DNA from: Mustelus asterias
Taxonomy: Eukaryota
NCBI RefSeq assembly: GCF_964213995.1
Contig: NW_027590863.1
Location: forward strand, 62,001 to 126,000
DNA length: 64,000 nt
Reading direction: 5' to 3'
The notes beneath the pieces are model-generated. The model had not been told where the DNA came from, made no database searches, and saw only the letters and a program-made list of their open reading frames with translations. Positions 60,123-64,000 of the stretch are shown here, in pieces. Made by a program: the position numbers and the translations under genes. Positions within the stretch are counted from its first letter, which is position 1. Each line of letters starts with the position of its first letter.

Positions 60123-60800
60123 AGGGCTTCCCTCTCCAATCACAATCCCTGCCGGCCTCAATGGCGGCAGTCAGCCCGGGTCTAACACTACAAGCTGCCG
60201 CTCCATTTGATACAAAGGGGGGGACCGGGAAGTTCATTTCCGGTGTTTGGGTTTGAACAACATGTTTACAAAGTCTCTCCACCCACCCGCCACATTTATC
60301 ATTCCCCGCGCGCCGCCCTCTTACCTCGTATTGATCTCGCTTCCAAATTAAAACCGTCCGTCTGTCGCCATTTCCCGCACTGCGCATGCTTCAGTTCCCG
60401 CCTCACATTCACTCCGATTGGTTGGAGGACCAGCCGCTCCCGCTCGGTCCTCCAGCTCCGCCCCCTCTTCCTATTGGTCCGGAGCTGCCGTCAATCAGTC
60501 CCTCGGTCATTGTGATGTGGAGCATGCGCAGTGTCATTGCTGTCCTTGGCGCTTGTTTGTCCCGGAGAAGCGGAGTCAGCGTTAGGCGGTGGCTGGGAGG
60601 ATTTGGAAACACTTTGTGGATCCGCAAACCCTTCAGAATCATTGTCAGCTCCCTGGTTTGCAGCTGCGGGGCTTCTCCCTCCCTCCCTCCCGGGAACAGG
60701 CCCAGGTGGGTGGGGAGGATTCACAAACACCCGCTGGAGGCCCCAACACCCCCAGTAAAAAGCTGCAGCTCCCGGGTTTGCAGCTTTTTCCCGGGAGGGA
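60120..60800. promoter_or_regulatory. CpG-island promoter (type A) upstream of gene 9
   Basis: Highly similar to 700-1500, with the same YY1, ETS, NRF1, CCAAT and GC motifs. Confidence 0.7.
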
Positions 60801-61022
60801 GTTGGGGAAGTTTTGTGGAGACAATTCCCGGTTGGTTCAGTTAGTGGTTCCTGGAGCTCAGAAACCCTGAGTTAGCATCCAGAACCCCATATTGGGTGGT
60901 AGTTTTATTAAATACTTTTTATTTATTAATCATCTGTTAAAGAAAATATGAATTTGTTTTGAAAAATCATTTTATAACACTTGTGAAAATACCCATTAAA
61001 ATAGCAATTCTCCCAATGTATT

Positions 61023-61352
61023 TCATAGAATCCCGACAGTGCTGAAGGAGGTGATTCGGCCCATCGAGTCTGCACTGGCAACAATCCCACCTAGGCCCTG
61101 TTCCCGTAACCCCACATATGTAACCTGCTAATCCCTCTAACCTACTCATCCCAGGACCCTAAGGGGCAATTTAGCATGGCCAATGCACCTAACTGGCATC
61201 TCTTTGGACAATGGGAGGAAACCGGAGCATCTGGAGAAAACCCACGCAGACATGGGGAGAACGGGCAGACTACACAAGGACAGTAACCCCAGTTGGGAAT
61301 CGAACCCAGGTCCCTGGAGCTGTGAGGCAGCAGTGCTAACCACTGTGCCACC
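61023..61352 (-). mobile_element. HE1-like V-SINE
   Basis: Head, V-domain and tail on the minus strand. Confidence 0.75.
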
Positions 61353-62334
61353 TCCATTGCTGATGAGAATTTTAATTTACTGACTTGGGAATTAATTCTC
61401 AGGAATAGTCATTCTGAAAATGACCATTAAAATGTGTTTTAATTTACCCCACAATGCCAGATTTCAGTTTGCATTTCAAAATTGAATTGAGAATGTCTGA
61501 GAGCAAATGGTAAAATGAGGTTTGAGACACCAGCTGCAATTATTTTCTGTGACTGATGATACCTTTGTGCCTGTGCAGGAGGTAATTCCGCTGCTGTTGT
61601 GGCACAAATAAAATGGAGCCTTTCCTCGGAACAGGCCCATGTTAATGGTCATCGTGGTGTTTCATTGGTGAGCAGAGCACATGTGCCCATTGTGGTAACA
61701 ACAGAGTCAGTGGGGCTGCACGTCCCCTGACTTGGAAGGAAAATAATTGACTCCTTGATTGTACTCTCAATCTGCACATGGTCTGGAGGACTGAATCCAG
61801 CTGGAGGGAGAGGGAGCTGGGCTCAGAGTGGAGATGGGGCAATGAGTTTGATTTCAGCTCAGGGACAAGAGAGAGAGTGTGGGATGGGGATTACAGCTCA
61901 AGATAAATGAGATAGAGAAATGTTTCGTGGAAACTGAAATTGTCTGTTCTGAATTAGTTTTTTAAAACTCTTTTTGCAGGGAACTTGATGAGGAGGATTC
62001 ACAGACAGGAAACTCAAACTAAACTTCAGATCAAAGTCTGACAGAGCCATTCTGGCCTGAATATGATTGCTTTTGACAGTGGAGGGAGAAATCATTCCCT
62101 GTTTTGTCAGTGGGAGAAAATTTCAAAATTCAATGTGACAGCAAAAGAACGGAGACACACACGCACCCAAGTGAGAGTGCTCCAGTGAACTGACTGTGGA
62201 TGGAGCTTTAACCAGTTACACAGCCTGAAAAACATCACACCATTCACAGTGGGGAGAAACCATACACATGGTCTGTATGTGGGTGAGGCTTCAACTAATC
62301 ATCCAACCTGGAGAGACAGAAGGGCAACAGCACC

Positions 62335-63231
62335 GTGGACAAACCGTGGAAATGTGAGGATTGTGGTAAAGGATTCAATTATCCATACTTGCTAGAAAAC
62401 CATAGACACAGTCACACTGGAGAGAGGCCATTCATCTGTTCTGTGTGTGGGAAAGGATTCACTACCTCATCCCACCTGCTGTTACACCAGCGAACTCACA
62501 CTGAGGAGAGGCCGTTCAGCTGCTCCACCTGTGGAAAGGGGTTCTCATGTTCACCCAACCTCAGTGCACATCAGCGAGTTCACACTGGGGAGAGATCGTT
62601 CACCTGCTCCTTGTGTGGGAAGGATTTTGCTGGGCCATCCGGTCTTTGGTCACACCAGCGAATTCACACAGGAGAGAAGCTATTCACCTGTTCTGTGTGT
62701 GGTAAGAGATTCACTCTGTCATCTAACCTGCTGTCACACCAGCGAGTTCACACAGAGGAGAGACCGTTCAGCTGCACTTCCTGTGGAAAGAGGTTCAGGT
62801 CTTCATCCAACCTCAGTGCACACAAGCGAGTTCACACTGGGGAAAGGCCGTTCACCTCTTCCACATGTGGGAGGGAATTCACCAATTCATCCGGCCTCCT
62901 GTCACATCAGCGAATTCACACTGAGGAGAAGCCATTTATTTGCACATACTGTGGAAAGAGTTTCAGGCAGTTATCAATCCTCACTGCACATCAACGCACT
63001 CACACTGGGGAGAGACCATTCACTTGCTCCATGTGTGGGAAGGGATTCACTCAGTCTGGCAGCCTGCATTTACATGAGCTCACCCACACTGGGGAGAGGC
63101 CATTCACCTGCTTTGTGTGTGGGAAGGGATACACTCGGTCATCCCACTTGCTGACACATCTGCAAGTTCACAATTGTCAGCAGGAGTTGGATTTTGCTAT
63201 TACTGCAGCTGTTAATCACATCCAGGATTGA
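62335..63231 (+). CDS. C2H2 zinc-finger ORF (gene 9), 10 fingers (one degenerate), start ATG mutated to GTG, C-terminal ELDFAITAAVNHIQD tail
   Basis: ORF is open for 298 codons; accGTGg at the position where paralogs have accATGg; acceptor tttttgcag near 61979. Confidence 0.7.
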   Translation: MDKPWKCEDCGKGFNYPYLLENHRHSHTGERPFICSVCGKGFTTSSHLLLHQRTHTEERPFSCSTCGKGFSCSPNLSAHQRVHTGERSFTCSLCGKDFAGPSGLWSHQRIHTGEKLFTCSVCGKRFTLSSNLLSHQRVHTEERPFSCTSCGKRFRSSSNLSAHKRVHTGERPFTSSTCGREFTNSSGLLSHQRIHTEEKPFICTYCGKSFRQLSILTAHQRTHTGERPFTCSMCGKGFTQSGSLHLHELTHTGERPFTCFVCGKGYTRSSHLLTHLQVHNCQQELDFAITAAVNHIQD

Positions 63232-64000
63232 TAGTCTGACAATATTTGGTTTGTTTCTGCTGACATTAACAATCCCTACAACTGGCTGAAGTTTAATATT
63301 CTGAGATGTCACTGATTTTCAGGGCTGCTGTGTCCCTTTTTAAAAGCAACATCTGTGATTTTTTTTAATTCAGGAACTCTCAACAGGAAGTTGTTTATAA
63401 TAAGTTTATGAACTTTTCCTGCAATCTTAAATTGATGTTTGGTGCAAGCTGTACAATTCAGTGTCTGGAAGGTTCCACTGATTAAGATTTCCAATTAGAA
63501 AATGCTGACAATTCTTACTGACTTGCACATTATTCACAGTGACACTTCCCCAATCACATTTAATTATCAAGGGACATAAAACAATGCACAGATACTTGTT
63601 CAGATACCTGAACTTGAATATTGCTGAAAAGAGAGACCTGTTGCTGAATCTCTTCATCATGCACTCATCAGGACAAACAGAAGAATGCCAAATTTCAAAT
63701 GATCACAATTAGTGGACTCTCATTGACATGAAGCATCACCATGGAGAAATCAATAGAAGACTGTAGGTTTCTCAAGCTTCTGGGAAATTCAAAAAAGGTG
63801 CAAGGCTTGAAAATTCTCCTTTTGTTTGCAGGGAAAGGATCACTGCGTATAAATGTAAGTTGCTTCTCGCAACTACAACTGAGCCGTATTATGAACTCGA
63901 CTGATTATCTTCAATTGATTATGAGTGTAGCTATTGGCACACTCAGGATTGTTCAGCAAGTGCTGCCCAATCTGTAATCACAGCAAACATTGTATTTTTG

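Overview
Eukaryotic vertebrate genomic DNA, most likely from a shark or ray. The evidence is HE1/V-SINE-like and SacSINE1-like SINEs, CR1 LINEs with an esterase ORF1, and Penelope and Rex1/Babar fragments. The window is a cluster of C2H2 zinc-finger (ZNF) genes with no recognisable KRAB, SCAN or BTB domain. There are about 7 long finger ORFs, 2 clear pseudogenes and further remnants, mostly arranged as head-to-head pairs around duplicated CpG-island promoters and embedded in dense TE sequence, including one apparently intact full-length CR1. The most notable signals are: (1) a peptide, LDSAV(IAAV)NHIQD, kept in frame behind the stop codon of most paralogs and translated in two paralogs where TGA is replaced by TGT (possible readthrough or switchable C-terminus); (2) an invariant atypical lead finger (xPSxLExH) that may act as an effector module; (3) dead fingers kept in the 5' leader; (4) minimal hammerhead ribozymes in Penelope termini; (5) a two-variant 1.3-kb minisatellite that expanded inside a first exon; (6) deletion and inversion scars recording gene turnover. 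Coordinates were read by eye, so TE boundaries are approximate. Family names come from motif recognition, not from database searches.
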